DNA from: Candidatus Saccharimonadota bacterium
GTDB taxonomy: Bacteria; Patescibacteriota; Saccharimonadia; Saccharimonadales; Saccharimonadaceae
Direction: 5' to 3'
Assembly (NCBI GenBank): GCA_018060465.1
Contig: JAGOVX010000001.1
Span: 1 to 56,519 of the forward strand
DNA: 56,519 nucleotides
A model generated the notes under the pieces. That model had not been told where the DNA came from. It worked only from the letters and a program-made list of their open reading frames with translations, and did no database searches. Made by a program: the position numbers and the translations under genes. Shown here piece after piece: positions 17,827-27,211 of this stretch (its first letter is position 1; every line of letters starts with the position of its first letter).

Positions 17827-18922
17827 TTTTTACCTCCGCTGTTATTACATCTTTTGCTCGTTCAATCATAATGTCCTGCCCTACACCTACTGTGCCGCGC
17901 ACCAGCGCATAGCCACGAGCCAAAACTTTTTGTGGGTCAAACTCTGCAAGAAGCCGGCGTGTATTCTGCACCTCCACATCGAATGTGTCGAGGCCAAGCT
18001 GTATAGTGCCCCAAACATTTTCTAGCTGCATGGCAACTGTATCGTGACAGCGAGTTATTTGGTGCTCCATCGCAGGGATAATGCTGCGCACCTGGTGCTG
18101 TATTGTTGCAATAATCTCACGTCGATCAGGCACGAGCAATTGGGCAGCATTGCTCGGCGTAGCCGCACGCACATCAGCCGCGAGGTCTGCCAAACTTTCA
18201 TCAATCTCGTGACCAATACCCGTCAGTACAGGAATCCGGCTACTGGCAATTTCACGCACCAGCTGCTCGTCATTGAATGCCGAAAGATCCTCTGCACTCC
18301 CGCCTCCCCGTAGCACCACCAGCACTTCGGGCATGTTTTCAGTCGTGTTGAAATAGCGAATTGCATTAATAATTTGATCTGCGGCCGTCGCACCTTGCAC
18401 CTGAACATGCGCAACATCTATCGAAATTCCGCCAAAACGATCGTTAATAATTTTTATGAAATCCGCATACCCCGCGGCTTGTGTACTACTAATCACGCCA
18501 ATATGTGATGGGATCCTGGGCAGGCTGCGCTTTCGCTCTGTCGCGAACATACCTTCCTTCTCGAGTCGAGCCTTTAACAGCTCAAAACTTTTCTTTAAAC
18601 TACCCTCGCCACTAGGTCGCAGCGTCTGTATCGTCAGGCTAAATTTCCCCCAGTTGGTGAGTTTTGGCGTGGCCGTGACAACAATCTTCATGCCATCTTC
18701 CACAGGCATCCGCAGTTGCCATACCGTCATAAAACACGCCACGCTTCCTGTTTCATCTTTTAAATCAAAAAAGACAAACTTGCCTTGGTTCACCTTAAAA
18801 CTTGCTACCTCACCTTCCACTTCAATACTCGGGTACGCATACTCGAGCGTTTGATTTGTTAGCGCAATCAATTCGCTAACTTGTAGGCGCAGCGGGATCT
18901 TTTCCATACCGTAAAAGTGCAT
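17810..18922 (-). CDS. xseA: Exodeoxyribonuclease VII large subunit (start uncertain; the alternative Met is at 18907)
   Basis: OB-fold N-terminus (VSELIALTNQTLE...IEVEGEVASFK) and catalytic core RGGGSAEDLSAFNDEQLVREI..IPVLTGIGHEIDESLADLAADVRAATPSNAA. Confidence 0.9.
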   Translation of the reverse strand: MHFYGMEKIPLRLQVSELIALTNQTLEYAYPSIEVEGEVASFKVNQGKFVFFDLKDETGSVACFMTVWQLRMPVEDGMKIVVTATPKLTNWGKFSLTIQTLRPSGEGSLKKSFELLKARLEKEGMFATERKRSLPRIPSHIGVISSTQAAGYADFIKIINDRFGGISIDVAHVQVQGATAADQIINAIRYFNTTENMPEVLVVLRGGGSAEDLSAFNDEQLVREIASSRIPVLTGIGHEIDESLADLAADVRAATPSNAAQLLVPDRREIIATIQHQVRSIIPAMEHQITRCHDTVAMQLENVWGTIQLGLDTFDVEVQNTRRLLAEFDPQKVLARGYALVRGTVGVGQDIMIERAKDVITAEVKNVSKK

Positions 18923-19919
18923 GTTGATAAAAGAAATATCCTAATCCAATCGTTGTCAGCAGTACAATAATTCGAGTAAGCAATATACCCGCAATAGCGG
19001 TTTCGGAGCTGATACCAGCCAGCGCCAAAAATGTTACCATGATTGCTTCGTACGCCCCAGCACCACCAGGAGTTACCACAATAAACCCAGCAATCGAAGC
19101 CAAAATATAGGCAATCAATATCGGAGCTGGATTCACAAAGTCACCTAGTGCAGCAAATGTCGTATAGAATAATGCACCTTCAGTAAGGGTAAACAGCAAC
19201 GCCCACCCCAGCGGCTTTAGCAGCAAACGCCAATCACGTCGTAGTTCTAGATAATCTTTGTGCATTTCGCCAAAGAAATCACGCAGCTTCTCCTCGTGCA
19301 GCACTACCCGTTTTTTGCCTCGAGTCAGCCTCCAGACAAGCCGATTTACTGCACGACTGACTGCATCTGAAAATCTATCAATCCGTTTTTTACTGCTTAC
19401 CAAATACTGAATCCCTACAGTTCCAACAATCATTGCCATCACCAAGCCTGCACTCACCAGAATGATCCAGCGGTTTATATTTCCGTCTATCGTCACGGCT
19501 AGCACCGAGAACGCTATCACTACAATAGAAGCAATAAAACCTGCCGTATAGCGCACCGCCTGAGCGGCCGTTGCCCTACCCGGGTTCACCCCATACATAC
19601 CAAGGCGCCACCCCATATACGATAACCCGCTCACGCCGCCACTCGGCAGCACGTGATTAACAAAATTCATTTCTAGCGCCATGCGCATCAGTATTCGCGG
19701 CGAGGCCGTTGTCATAGTTTGTTTACTGCGTAAATACACAAACAACGTCTCGGCGGCGGCATAATATGCGAGTAGTTGCAGCGGGAACAACAGTAGTAAT
19801 ATCCATACGTTTACCTTGCTCAGCAATTCCCACGCTTTTACGATTTCGTGTCGAGCAAAGTAAAGTACCACTACTAGAAGTACAATCGTCGCAAGACTCA
19901 ACCATTTTCGCACCGACAT
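18876..19919 (-). CDS. UPF0104 / lysylphosphatidylglycerol-synthase-TM-region (flippase-like) membrane protein
   Basis: About 8 TM. NHVLPSGGVSGLSY and VVTPGGAGAYEA resemble the conserved loops of the family. Confidence 0.55.
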   Translation of the reverse strand: MSVRKWLSLATIVLLVVVLYFARHEIVKAWELLSKVNVWILLLLFPLQLLAYYAAAETLFVYLRSKQTMTTASPRILMRMALEMNFVNHVLPSGGVSGLSYMGWRLGMYGVNPGRATAAQAVRYTAGFIASIVVIAFSVLAVTIDGNINRWIILVSAGLVMAMIVGTVGIQYLVSSKKRIDRFSDAVSRAVNRLVWRLTRGKKRVVLHEEKLRDFFGEMHKDYLELRRDWRLLLKPLGWALLFTLTEGALFYTTFAALGDFVNPAPILIAYILASIAGFIVVTPGGAGAYEAIMVTFLALAGISSETAIAGILLTRIIVLLTTIGLGYFFYQHALLRYGKDPAAPTS

Positions 19920-19972
19920 ATCATATATTATAGCGTAATTTAACGCAGAACATGTCGTATACTTAGGAAGTA

Positions 19973-21160
19973 ATGAATATATGTATTTTAGGCCGACAAA
20001 GCAAGCTCGGACTTGCCGAGCTTGAGCAACGCTATGGTTCCAAGCGAGTCCAGCCTATTGGTGACGGCTATGCCCTTGTAGATGCCGACGTGGCTATTGA
20101 TACAATTGGTGGCACCGTAAAAGTTGCCTCACTTCTGACAACTCTTGCTACCGCAAACCCTCAGAAAATTTTCGACTATTGCCGCAGAGAGCTCCCTCGC
20201 CACGCTGCCATGAAACCCGACGGAAAGATACAACTGGGCGTTAGCTTGTATGGGTTTGATTTGCCTATCGCCAAAATCACTGCCAATGTTCTTGGCCTGA
20301 AAAAAGCCATCAAGCTATCAGGCCGTTCCGTGCGAGCCATTCCAAACACCACCGCTGCCCTTTCCAGTGCCCAAACCTATCACAATCACCTTACTGGCCC
20401 AATGGGAATCGAGCTTGTATTTGTACGCAGCGGCAACAAAACCTACCTAGGCAAAGTAATAGGTGTACAAAATATTGATGCATATGCGGCACGCGACCAA
20501 GCCAGGCCAAAAACAGATGCATTCGTCGGTATGCTACCTCCAAAACTGGCGTTGATGATGCTCAATCTCTCTGGGGTAGCATCGTCTAGCACCAATACTT
20601 CAGATGTAACGGCGGGTCATACTATCCTCGACCCCTTCTGTGGTACCGGCGTCGTATTGCAGGAAGCCGCCTTGCGTGGGTTCAATGTCTACGGTACAGA
20701 CTTGTCTGAAAAAATGGTAGATTACAGCCGCATAAATCTACAATGGCTGATAGATACATTCAGTTTGAACACAAAAGTTACTATTCATCATGGCGATGCT
20801 ATCGAAACAACGTGGCAGCCACCACTGAGTGCCATAGTTGCCGAAACATACCTTGGTCAACCCTTCTCGGCACCACCCGCTGCAGATAAACTAGCAAAAG
20901 TGCGCCGTATTTGCGATGACATTATCTCTAAATTCCTACTAAATCTCGCCCCACAAATAGAAAAAGGCACCCCTTTGTGCCTCGCGGTGCCTGCGTGGCG
21001 CGATGAACGCGGCCGCGTAACCGATCTAGAACTACTCGACAACATCAAAAAACTTGGCTACGACTGGCAACCCTTGCAACACGTCAAACACAGCGATTTG
21101 CTGTACTTCCGAGACGACCAAATAGTTGCCAGGCAGCTGCTAGTGCTACGAAAACTATAG
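19973..21160 (+). CDS. SAM-dependent methyltransferase, UPF0020/Trm11-RlmL-like (putative RNA methylase)
   Basis: Motif I ILDPFCGTGVVLQEAALRG, followed by YGTDLSEKMV. The usual (D/N)PPY motif is not obvious (AETYLGQPF). Confidence 0.55.
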   Translation: MNICILGRQSKLGLAELEQRYGSKRVQPIGDGYALVDADVAIDTIGGTVKVASLLTTLATANPQKIFDYCRRELPRHAAMKPDGKIQLGVSLYGFDLPIAKITANVLGLKKAIKLSGRSVRAIPNTTAALSSAQTYHNHLTGPMGIELVFVRSGNKTYLGKVIGVQNIDAYAARDQARPKTDAFVGMLPPKLALMMLNLSGVASSSTNTSDVTAGHTILDPFCGTGVVLQEAALRGFNVYGTDLSEKMVDYSRINLQWLIDTFSLNTKVTIHHGDAIETTWQPPLSAIVAETYLGQPFSAPPAADKLAKVRRICDDIISKFLLNLAPQIEKGTPLCLAVPAWRDERGRVTDLELLDNIKKLGYDWQPLQHVKHSDLLYFRDDQIVARQLLVLRKL

Positions 21161-21271
21161 CCGCTTACGTTTTGAATTTGCCATCACATATGGTGTAATG
21201 ACTATATCAAAGGCATGTCAACCACCATTTCGTTAGCTGATAGCCAGCGACGAACCTAAAGGAGTCAAGCA

Positions 21272-21625
21272 GTGACAAAGGATGATGTCATCAATGCTTT
21301 TGTTGAATCGATTGCCCATACTCAGAATGAAATCACTAAGTGGTTCATCCAGTGTCGATTCTTCATCGGGATGCACAGAGCAGGTGTAACACCCCGTACG
21401 AACAAGACGGATCCGTACGACGGCCCCCCGTTCATTCTTCTATGCGACAAGGAGGAACGAACAAAGCTAGAGGCCCTGCTAGGTACGCGATTCAATGATG
21501 AGCAGTGGATTGCGGCCGTTCTCGACGCACTGAAGGACCTCTTTCATCACGGGCCATTTATCATCTCGCACAATCCAGAGCGCGAGATGACGTGTCTTGT
21601 GCAGCAGGATGCACCGCTGAACTAG
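21272..21625 (+). CDS. Hypothetical protein (117 aa, GTG start)
   Basis: AAGGAG lies 8 nt upstream of the GTG, and a strong hairpin terminator begins 14 nt after the stop. I recognised no family. Confidence 0.45.
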   Translation: MTKDDVINAFVESIAHTQNEITKWFIQCRFFIGMHRAGVTPRTNKTDPYDGPPFILLCDKEERTKLEALLGTRFNDEQWIAAVLDALKDLFHHGPFIISHNPEREMTCLVQQDAPLN

Positions 21626-21638
21626 CCCCACACCACAT

Positions 21639-21687
21639 GGTTTTCGAGCTCCGCTCCCGTGTGGGAGTGGGGCTCGAACCATTTTAA
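21639..21687 (+). terminator. GC-rich 18-bp-stem hairpin (GTGT tetraloop) followed by ATTTTAA; a likely intrinsic terminator
   Basis: GGTTTTCGAGCTCCGCTCCC-GTGT-GGGAGTGGGGCTCGAACC, with a 2-nt bulge and 2 G-U pairs, paired by hand. Confidence 0.5.
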
Positions 21688-21800
21688 GAGGCCATCTATT
21701 TAGTAACATTTCAGTTCCGATCGTTGCTATTTTGTTACTGTTTTTACGTTCTACTGTTGTAATCATACTAGTTGCGGCAGCGAATCTACCGCGGTACCCC

Positions 21801-21829
21801 TTGCAAATATGCCAAATGTTTAGTACAAT
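21801..21829 (+). promoter_or_regulatory. Sigma-70-type promoter for rpmA: TTGCAA-17 nt-TACAAT
   Basis: The hexamers are at 21801..21806 and 21824..21829. AAGGAG SD is at 21854..21859 and the ATG at 21865. Confidence 0.6.
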
Positions 21830-21864
21830 TACTTAGATTGTTTTATAAACTTTAAGGAGTTGCT

Positions 21865-22137
21865 ATGTCACACGTCAAAGCAGGCGGTTCATCAAAGAAC
21901 ATTCACAACAACGCTGGTCAACGTCTCGGCGTTAAACGTTTTGGTGGCCAAAAAGTAAATGAAGGCGAAGTTCTCGTGCGCCAAACTGGTAGTACCAAAA
22001 TTTCTGGTGCTGGCACATTCATGAGCAAAAACTTTACTATTCACGCAGCCAAAACTGGTATTGTTGGCTTCAAGACCATCAAAAAAGGCCGCTTTACAGG
22101 TAAAACGGCCCCTCGTACTCAAGTTGTCGTAGAATAA
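21865..22137 (+). CDS. rpmA: 50S ribosomal protein L27
   Basis: MSHVKAGGSSKN...RLGVKRFGGQKV..G.VLVRQTGSTK matches the L27 signature. No rplU lies upstream. Confidence 0.95.
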   Translation: MSHVKAGGSSKNIHNNAGQRLGVKRFGGQKVNEGEVLVRQTGSTKISGAGTFMSKNFTIHAAKTGIVGFKTIKKGRFTGKTAPRTQVVVE

Positions 22138-22139
22138 AC

Positions 22140-23234
22140 CTACCTATTCGTTGGGTTGACCAACTCTTTAATTCGCTGAATTTGATGATTCATGTTTCTT
22201 ATTACTGCTAACCTAGCATCGTAGTTGCTTCGAAGACTAGTGACGTAATGAGCCACTTCCATTGTGGTTGTTTCTGTCCCCCACTGGCTACTTCCGAGTT
22301 CATCGTGTTTTGTCTTGAGAAACGCAACCCCGACACCTTCTTCATCGTAATTCTCGGCTATTATTCTTTTTGATGTCCGCAGGTATGCAATTACCTCTGC
22401 GAGTTCAGTACGACTATTCTGTACAGCGGGCTGGTCGCTGATTTCACCAACCAGTGCATCCATGTTATTTTCAAGGTACTGGGCAATTGTTTCAGCACTT
22501 TCGGCCAAACTGAACCCATCTGCATTCTCTGTAGCACTATATTGCGTTCGATTTTCGATGAATGCTTCAAGCTTATTAATGAGCTCAGCTCCATATGAAA
22601 TTGCAGTAGAGACATCTTGTAAAACATTAATTGTAGTATTAATCTTACTGTGCAAGCCTAGAAGCGCAGTGCGTGCGTGCTCCAGTTTTTCATTTAGGTA
22701 CTTCATCAAGTCAGAATCTCGTGATTCCGTTTCTCCTGCGTGATCATCGTGAGTACCAGGCTGATCTTCGGCAACATCCGATGATGGATCGATATCACTC
22801 GACCCTTCAGGCGCGCTATCAGCACCTACTTCGGTGCCCTCGGTAACCATAATATCTTCTTCTCGAACTAACGTACCATAATCTTCAAGACTAAGATTTA
22901 TAAACATAGTCTTGCTGGTCTCATCTTCACTTGAGATCACACGAACCGCCTGGACACCATCACCAACAGGCAACTCGTTAGCCTCGAGGTATTCTGCAAG
23001 ACCGGCTTGGTAGTCTTGGTCGGTGGCACATACTACATTATTTTTCTTACAGTACGACTGGAAGTCCTCTAAGGCCGTACCTATCCTTTGAAATGTGTCT
23101 TCAGATACGGCCACCATATCTTCTGGCTTTTCTCGCTCTATCGAGAGGCTCGGTAAATTTGGGTCTGTGGTATGATCCAACCGTGTTGCGACTGGATGTG
23201 TTGGTTTTATACTGGTTGGGTCTTGGTCATACAT
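22140..23234 (-). CDS. Hypothetical highly acidic protein (364 aa, no TM or signal peptide)
   Basis: A long ORF with its own consensus promoter. D/E-rich centre (SAPEGSSDIDPSSDVAEDQPGTHDDHAGETESRDSD) and a helical C-terminal half. Confidence 0.5.
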   Translation of the reverse strand: MYDQDPTSIKPTHPVATRLDHTTDPNLPSLSIEREKPEDMVAVSEDTFQRIGTALEDFQSYCKKNNVVCATDQDYQAGLAEYLEANELPVGDGVQAVRVISSEDETSKTMFINLSLEDYGTLVREEDIMVTEGTEVGADSAPEGSSDIDPSSDVAEDQPGTHDDHAGETESRDSDLMKYLNEKLEHARTALLGLHSKINTTINVLQDVSTAISYGAELINKLEAFIENRTQYSATENADGFSLAESAETIAQYLENNMDALVGEISDQPAVQNSRTELAEVIAYLRTSKRIIAENYDEEGVGVAFLKTKHDELGSSQWGTETTTMEVAHYVTSLRSNYDARLAVIRNMNHQIQRIKELVNPTNR

Positions 23235-23276
23235 AGTTTTTTTGTTTTTTTGTTATTTAATACGTTACTAAAAACA

Positions 23277-23305
23277 ATAGTAGCAAAAAAATGCCATTTT
23301 GTCAA
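23277..23305 (-). promoter_or_regulatory. Sigma-70-type promoter TTGACA-17 nt-TACTAT driving 22140..23234
   Basis: On the minus strand, TTGACA is at 23305..23300 and TACTAT at 23282..23277. An A-rich leader without an SD follows. Confidence 0.55.
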
Positions 23306-23320
23306 TACGCCTATGGTTAG

Positions 23321-23728
23321 CTATGCAGCTGAGGTAGAGTTTTGTGCGAGCCCAAGATGATGCTTGACTCGTTCCACAACATCACCTATCACCACTTGAG
23401 ATTTTACCAAATAATCATCAACCCCTAGACTTTCGGCACGTTCTTTGTCTTTTGGCTGCGAAAGTGCGGTAAGCATAACAACTTTTATATTGGCCGTATC
23501 TGGCGTGTTGCGTAGAATATCGAGTACATCAAATCCGCTAATTTTCGGCATCATGGCATCAAGCAAGATCAAGTCCGGCCTGAAATCAAGCGCTACCGAC
23601 AGTGCGTCCTCGCCATTATTTACTTCTTTTACCTCGAAATCTTCTAGTTCGAGGCGAGCACGATACACACCCGAAAGCGCAGTGTCGTCCTCTACCAATA
23701 GAATACGTTTTTTACTACTCATATACAC
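23321..23728 (-). CDS. Receiver-only response regulator (second copy, orphan)
   Basis: ILLVEDDTAL, DLILLDAMMPKISGFDVL, VVMLTA and a conserved K. There is no output domain. Confidence 0.85.
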   Translation of the reverse strand: MYMSSKKRILLVEDDTALSGVYRARLELEDFEVKEVNNGEDALSVALDFRPDLILLDAMMPKISGFDVLDILRNTPDTANIKVVMLTALSQPKDKERAESLGVDDYLVKSQVVIGDVVERVKHHLGLAQNSTSAA

Positions 23729-23767
23729 CTATACTACCTCGATCGGGGGAAAAGCACAACCAGTGTG

Positions 23768-24946
23768 CTAGCGAAGCAGCGCTACTCCTGCCTCAAGCTG
23801 AGGATCGCGACCACTGTCGAGATCTTTTTGGGTCAATACGACATTCTTGTTCGGTTTGATGCCATGACTGGTAATATTCTTGCCTTTTGGCGTGTACCAG
23901 CGCTTGATGGTAATCTTTATCTCGGCATCATTCGCCAGCGGAAAGATCTCCTGCACCGTGCCTTTGCCAAATGTTGTTTCACCGACGAGTGTTGCCACGC
24001 CATAATCTTGCAGGGCGCCAGACACAATCTCGCTGGCACTCGCGCTACCCGCGTCCACCAATACTACTGTTTTGATACCTTTTAGAATTGGATCTCCTTC
24101 GGAAGTGAGTTCGGTCGATGAGCCTACGCTGCGTACCGACACAACCTTCTGGTTGTCGAGCCACAATCCGGCTACGCCTTGGGCTGCCTCGAGGTATCCG
24201 CCACCGTTGCCGCGCAAATCTAGTAATACCCCGCGAACGCCTCGCATTTTAAACGACTCTGCCGCCTGACGTGATAAATTAACAGTTTCACTATCAAATC
24301 GATTCAGGGTAAGTATGCCGATACCGTCCTGTACCTTACTTACTACACTTGGGTTGGTAATTTCCTCGCGAGTCATAGCAAATTGCTTTGTTTCACTGCC
24401 ACGATGTACTGTAATTTTTACGGTGGTACCTATTTCACCACGAATCAACGCAACGGTTCTGTCGGCATCGAGCCCGATTGTTGACGTTTCATTTACGGCA
24501 ACAACGCTATCGCCAGCATGCAACCCTGCCCTTTGAGCTGGATTGCCATCAAGCACGCGTAGCACCGTTGGTAACTTGTTGCGCATACCTACCTCGGCAC
24601 CCACACCGCCACCAATATTGCCGCTGAGTTCATTACCAAATTCCTTGGCTTCCTTTGCATTCATATATACGGTGTACTTATCGCCAACCGCTGCCGCCAG
24701 CCCCCGACTAGCACCTTCAATAAGTTTCGTGTCATCTAGCTTGCCATTGTAGTTGGCTTTTAGCATTTGGTAGGTAGATTGTACGCTTGAAAGATCTAGT
24801 GTAGCAGCGCTAATTTTTTGGCCCAAAAGTGGCCCGACAATGGCATATAACTCTCGGCTACGTGTTCCTGCCACAAAACCAAATGCCAGTACTAGCAAGA
24901 TTGCGGCTACCAACATCCACGATGATACTTCTATCCGTTTTTTCAC
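23768..24946 (-). CDS. S41 carboxy-terminal processing protease with a PDZ domain (GTG start)
   Basis: LDLRGNGGGYL, VVLVDAGSASASEIVSGAL, TFGKGTVQ, and the PDZ segment GNPAQRAGLHAGDSVVAVN. Confidence 0.9.
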   Translation of the reverse strand: MKKRIEVSSWMLVAAILLVLAFGFVAGTRSRELYAIVGPLLGQKISAATLDLSSVQSTYQMLKANYNGKLDDTKLIEGASRGLAAAVGDKYTVYMNAKEAKEFGNELSGNIGGGVGAEVGMRNKLPTVLRVLDGNPAQRAGLHAGDSVVAVNETSTIGLDADRTVALIRGEIGTTVKITVHRGSETKQFAMTREEITNPSVVSKVQDGIGILTLNRFDSETVNLSRQAAESFKMRGVRGVLLDLRGNGGGYLEAAQGVAGLWLDNQKVVSVRSVGSSTELTSEGDPILKGIKTVVLVDAGSASASEIVSGALQDYGVATLVGETTFGKGTVQEIFPLANDAEIKITIKRWYTPKGKNITSHGIKPNKNVVLTQKDLDSGRDPQLEAGVALLR

Positions 24947-24957
24947 TGTTACAAGTA

Positions 24958-24983
24958 TAGCGCACCACTACTATGGTGCGCTA
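24958..24983 (-). terminator. Perfect 10-bp GC-rich hairpin TAGCGCACCA-6 nt-TGGTGCGCTA between the CHAP hydrolase gene and ctp; a possible terminator or attenuator
   Basis: Read directly. The downstream tract UACUUGU is only weakly U-rich, so termination efficiency is uncertain. Confidence 0.4.
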
Positions 24984-25008
24984 GTCATAAGCGTTGTAAT
25001 AACGTCCT

Positions 25009-26208
25009 CTATGGAATGTAGATATAGGTGTCGTATGCCCAGGCGGGTACACGCATCTCGCTGTAATTACCCCAACCAGGACCACCAGCGTTGTAATAGT
25101 TGTACTGACTGATATTTATTGTATTATCGTCATTAACAGATTCTACCCACACAACATGGCCAAATACACCAGGTGTCACGACGCCAACCGAGTGTGGCTT
25201 TGGCTCGGTACCTGTGCGGTAGCCAGCGTTACGAGCACTGTTTGGCCACATGTTGGCATTTCCCCAGTATCGTGGGAAATTACCAGTACGCTGGCCTACT
25301 TTCCAGCCCGTGTAGCTTACGCACTGACGACAGCCATACCCTATAGGGTCAAAGCCGCTTGAGTAGGCGTTGGCATCTACATAACAGCCGTTATGCCATG
25401 GGTAGCCACCCTTATTTGGGTCGCCTGGCAAGAATGAACCGCCGCCGCCATTGTTGATTGCAGCCTCTATTGCAGCCTGTTGCTGACGCTGTAGCTCTAG
25501 CTGTTGACTGCGAGCTTTCGATGATAAACGCTGGAATGCACTCTCTTGGCCTTGCGTCTGAGCAACTAGCTTGTTCTTTTCAGCTTCTTTTGCTGCCAAG
25601 GCATCGCGTGCCATCTTTTGCTCGGCCAACACTTGGTCTACTGTTTTCTTTTCTTTCTCAAGTCGTGTTTTTAGCTGATTAATACGTGTGATCGTGGTAG
25701 ATAGATTTTGCTGCACGGTAGACTGGTAGGTTTGCTTGTCGAGAAAATCGCCGATATTCCTGCTACTTGCGAGCATCTCTATAGGTGAAATATGCTCGTC
25801 GAGGGCAATATTTACCATCAGCGTTCCCAGTGCTTCCCTATTCTGTGCGATCTCTAGCTCACTTTTTTTAATTTGATTGGCTAGTTTAGCAGCTTTAGCA
25901 GCATAAATGGTAATTTGCGTTTGTATTTGTGACTTTTGATTGTCGAGTTTTGCTAATTCGTTTTGCAATGTCTGACGTTTGCCTGCAAGCTTTGAAGCCT
26001 GGGAGTTGTATTGATTTATCTGCTGTTGCAAGGCGGCAATTTTTTGATCAAATTCGTCCGCTCGAACTGTCTGCGTAATAGCAATTGGCGTTGCAATTAC
26101 CATAAAAACCGAAACAACCACCGAGGCGGCCTTGGTGGCAAATGATGATCGTACCGGTGTGGTGGACATCCGTTTCATCGATTTAGATTTTAGCATAAGC
26201 ATAAACAC
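25009..26208 (-). CDS. PcsB-like coiled-coil + CHAP-domain peptidoglycan hydrolase
   Basis: It has an N-terminal signal/TM, about 230 aa of heptad-rich Q/K/L coiled coil, and a C-terminal CHAP domain (Cys in CRQCVSYTGWKV, His in GHVVWVESV). It lies directly downstream of ftsEX. Confidence 0.8.
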   Translation of the reverse strand: MFMLMLKSKSMKRMSTTPVRSSFATKAASVVVSVFMVIATPIAITQTVRADEFDQKIAALQQQINQYNSQASKLAGKRQTLQNELAKLDNQKSQIQTQITIYAAKAAKLANQIKKSELEIAQNREALGTLMVNIALDEHISPIEMLASSRNIGDFLDKQTYQSTVQQNLSTTITRINQLKTRLEKEKKTVDQVLAEQKMARDALAAKEAEKNKLVAQTQGQESAFQRLSSKARSQQLELQRQQQAAIEAAINNGGGGSFLPGDPNKGGYPWHNGCYVDANAYSSGFDPIGYGCRQCVSYTGWKVGQRTGNFPRYWGNANMWPNSARNAGYRTGTEPKPHSVGVVTPGVFGHVVWVESVNDDNTINISQYNYYNAGGPGWGNYSEMRVPAWAYDTYIYIP

Positions 26209-26233
26209 TTTGTCAACCTTGTGGTTTTTATTT

Positions 26234-27211
26234 TTATATCTTTAGATAGCGACGAGTCGCTAGCAATGATGATACAACACCTATTATAGCACCAAGTACG
26301 ATCATGCCAAGTAGCACAAACCCGATGTAGGTCGTAAGAAAATCAATAGTTGGCCCAATAGCTACGCCATAATGTACTAATGCATCCTTGGCGGACAATA
26401 TTCCCAATAAGCTCAGGCCAGTCGCCAATATAGCGGCGATAAATCCGTACACGATCGCTTCAACAATAAATGGACCCCGAATAAAGCTTTTGTCGGCACC
26501 AATAAGTTTCATCATTTCTATTTCGTCACGACGGTTAAAAATTGCCATTCGTATGGTATTGAAAACTATCAGTGAAGATAAAATGATAAATACGATACTG
26601 GCAGCCAAGCCGGCCTTATCGGCAAAATTAACAGTTCTGGCAACACCCTGTATGGCCGTCCGACGATATCCGGCAAACGACGGCTCGAAGTTTTTATCGA
26701 GGTTTTCTTGGACAGTCGTATCATTTTTTACAAAGCTCTCGAGCTCTTTTGTATTGTTGATATCCACCAGTTTGATGCGTAGCGTGCCAGGAAATTTGTT
26801 GACCGCTTCATTCAGTGCATTCAGCGTGCTGGGCTTGTTGCTATTTTCTTTGGCAAAGCTTTCACGGCCTTGCTCGGGGCTGATATATTGAACCTTCGTA
26901 ACCGACTTTAGATCCATCAAGCCTGCAGTAATTGTCTCGATTGCATCAGCAGCTACGTCTGTTTTTAGGTACACCGACATATCTACCTTGTCGCGAATAT
27001 CTTCGATAGAATTTACCAAGGTGCTTCGTGCAGCCAATGTGGCAAACACTACTAGCAATGTCACTGTCATCACCGCAGTGGCCGCAATAGTCAGCCACGC
27101 GTTGCGACTAAAATTGTTCACGCCATAGCGGCACATACGCACGAATGTCAGCCAGCGGCGGCGGTGGCGCTTGTGTTGCGCAAACGATTTGGCATCAAGT
27201 TTTCTAGCCAT
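26234..27211 (-). CDS. ftsX: Cell division ABC transporter permease FtsX
   Basis: Four TM with a large first extracytoplasmic loop. The N-terminus ...GVNNFSRNAWLTIAATAVMTVTLLV is typical. It overlaps the ftsE stop. Confidence 0.85.
   Translation of the reverse strand: MARKLDAKSFAQHKRHRRRWLTFVRMCRYGVNNFSRNAWLTIAATAVMTVTLLVVFATLAARSTLVNSIEDIRDKVDMSVYLKTDVAADAIETITAGLMDLKSVTKVQYISPEQGRESFAKENSNKPSTLNALNEAVNKFPGTLRIKLVDINNTKELESFVKNDTTVQENLDKNFEPSFAGYRRTAIQGVARTVNFADKAGLAASIVFIILSSLIVFNTIRMAIFNRRDEIEMMKLIGADKSFIRGPFIVEAIVYGFIAAILATGLSLLGILSAKDALVHYGVAIGPTIDFLTTYIGFVLLGMIVLGAIIGVVSSLLATRRYLKI

Noticed and set aside
21659-21680. The minus-strand sequence GGTTCGAGCCCCACTCCCACAC looks like a tRNA 3' end (T-loop TTCGAGC, T-stem, acceptor strand). 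That would suggest an att-site remnant of an integrated element.
   Set aside because: No cloverleaf can be built: the T-stem 5' strand and the acceptor 5' strand are missing. No integrase or matching full tRNA is in the window. The bases form one arm of an 18-bp hairpin directly after the 21272..21625 stop, so a terminator explains them better.
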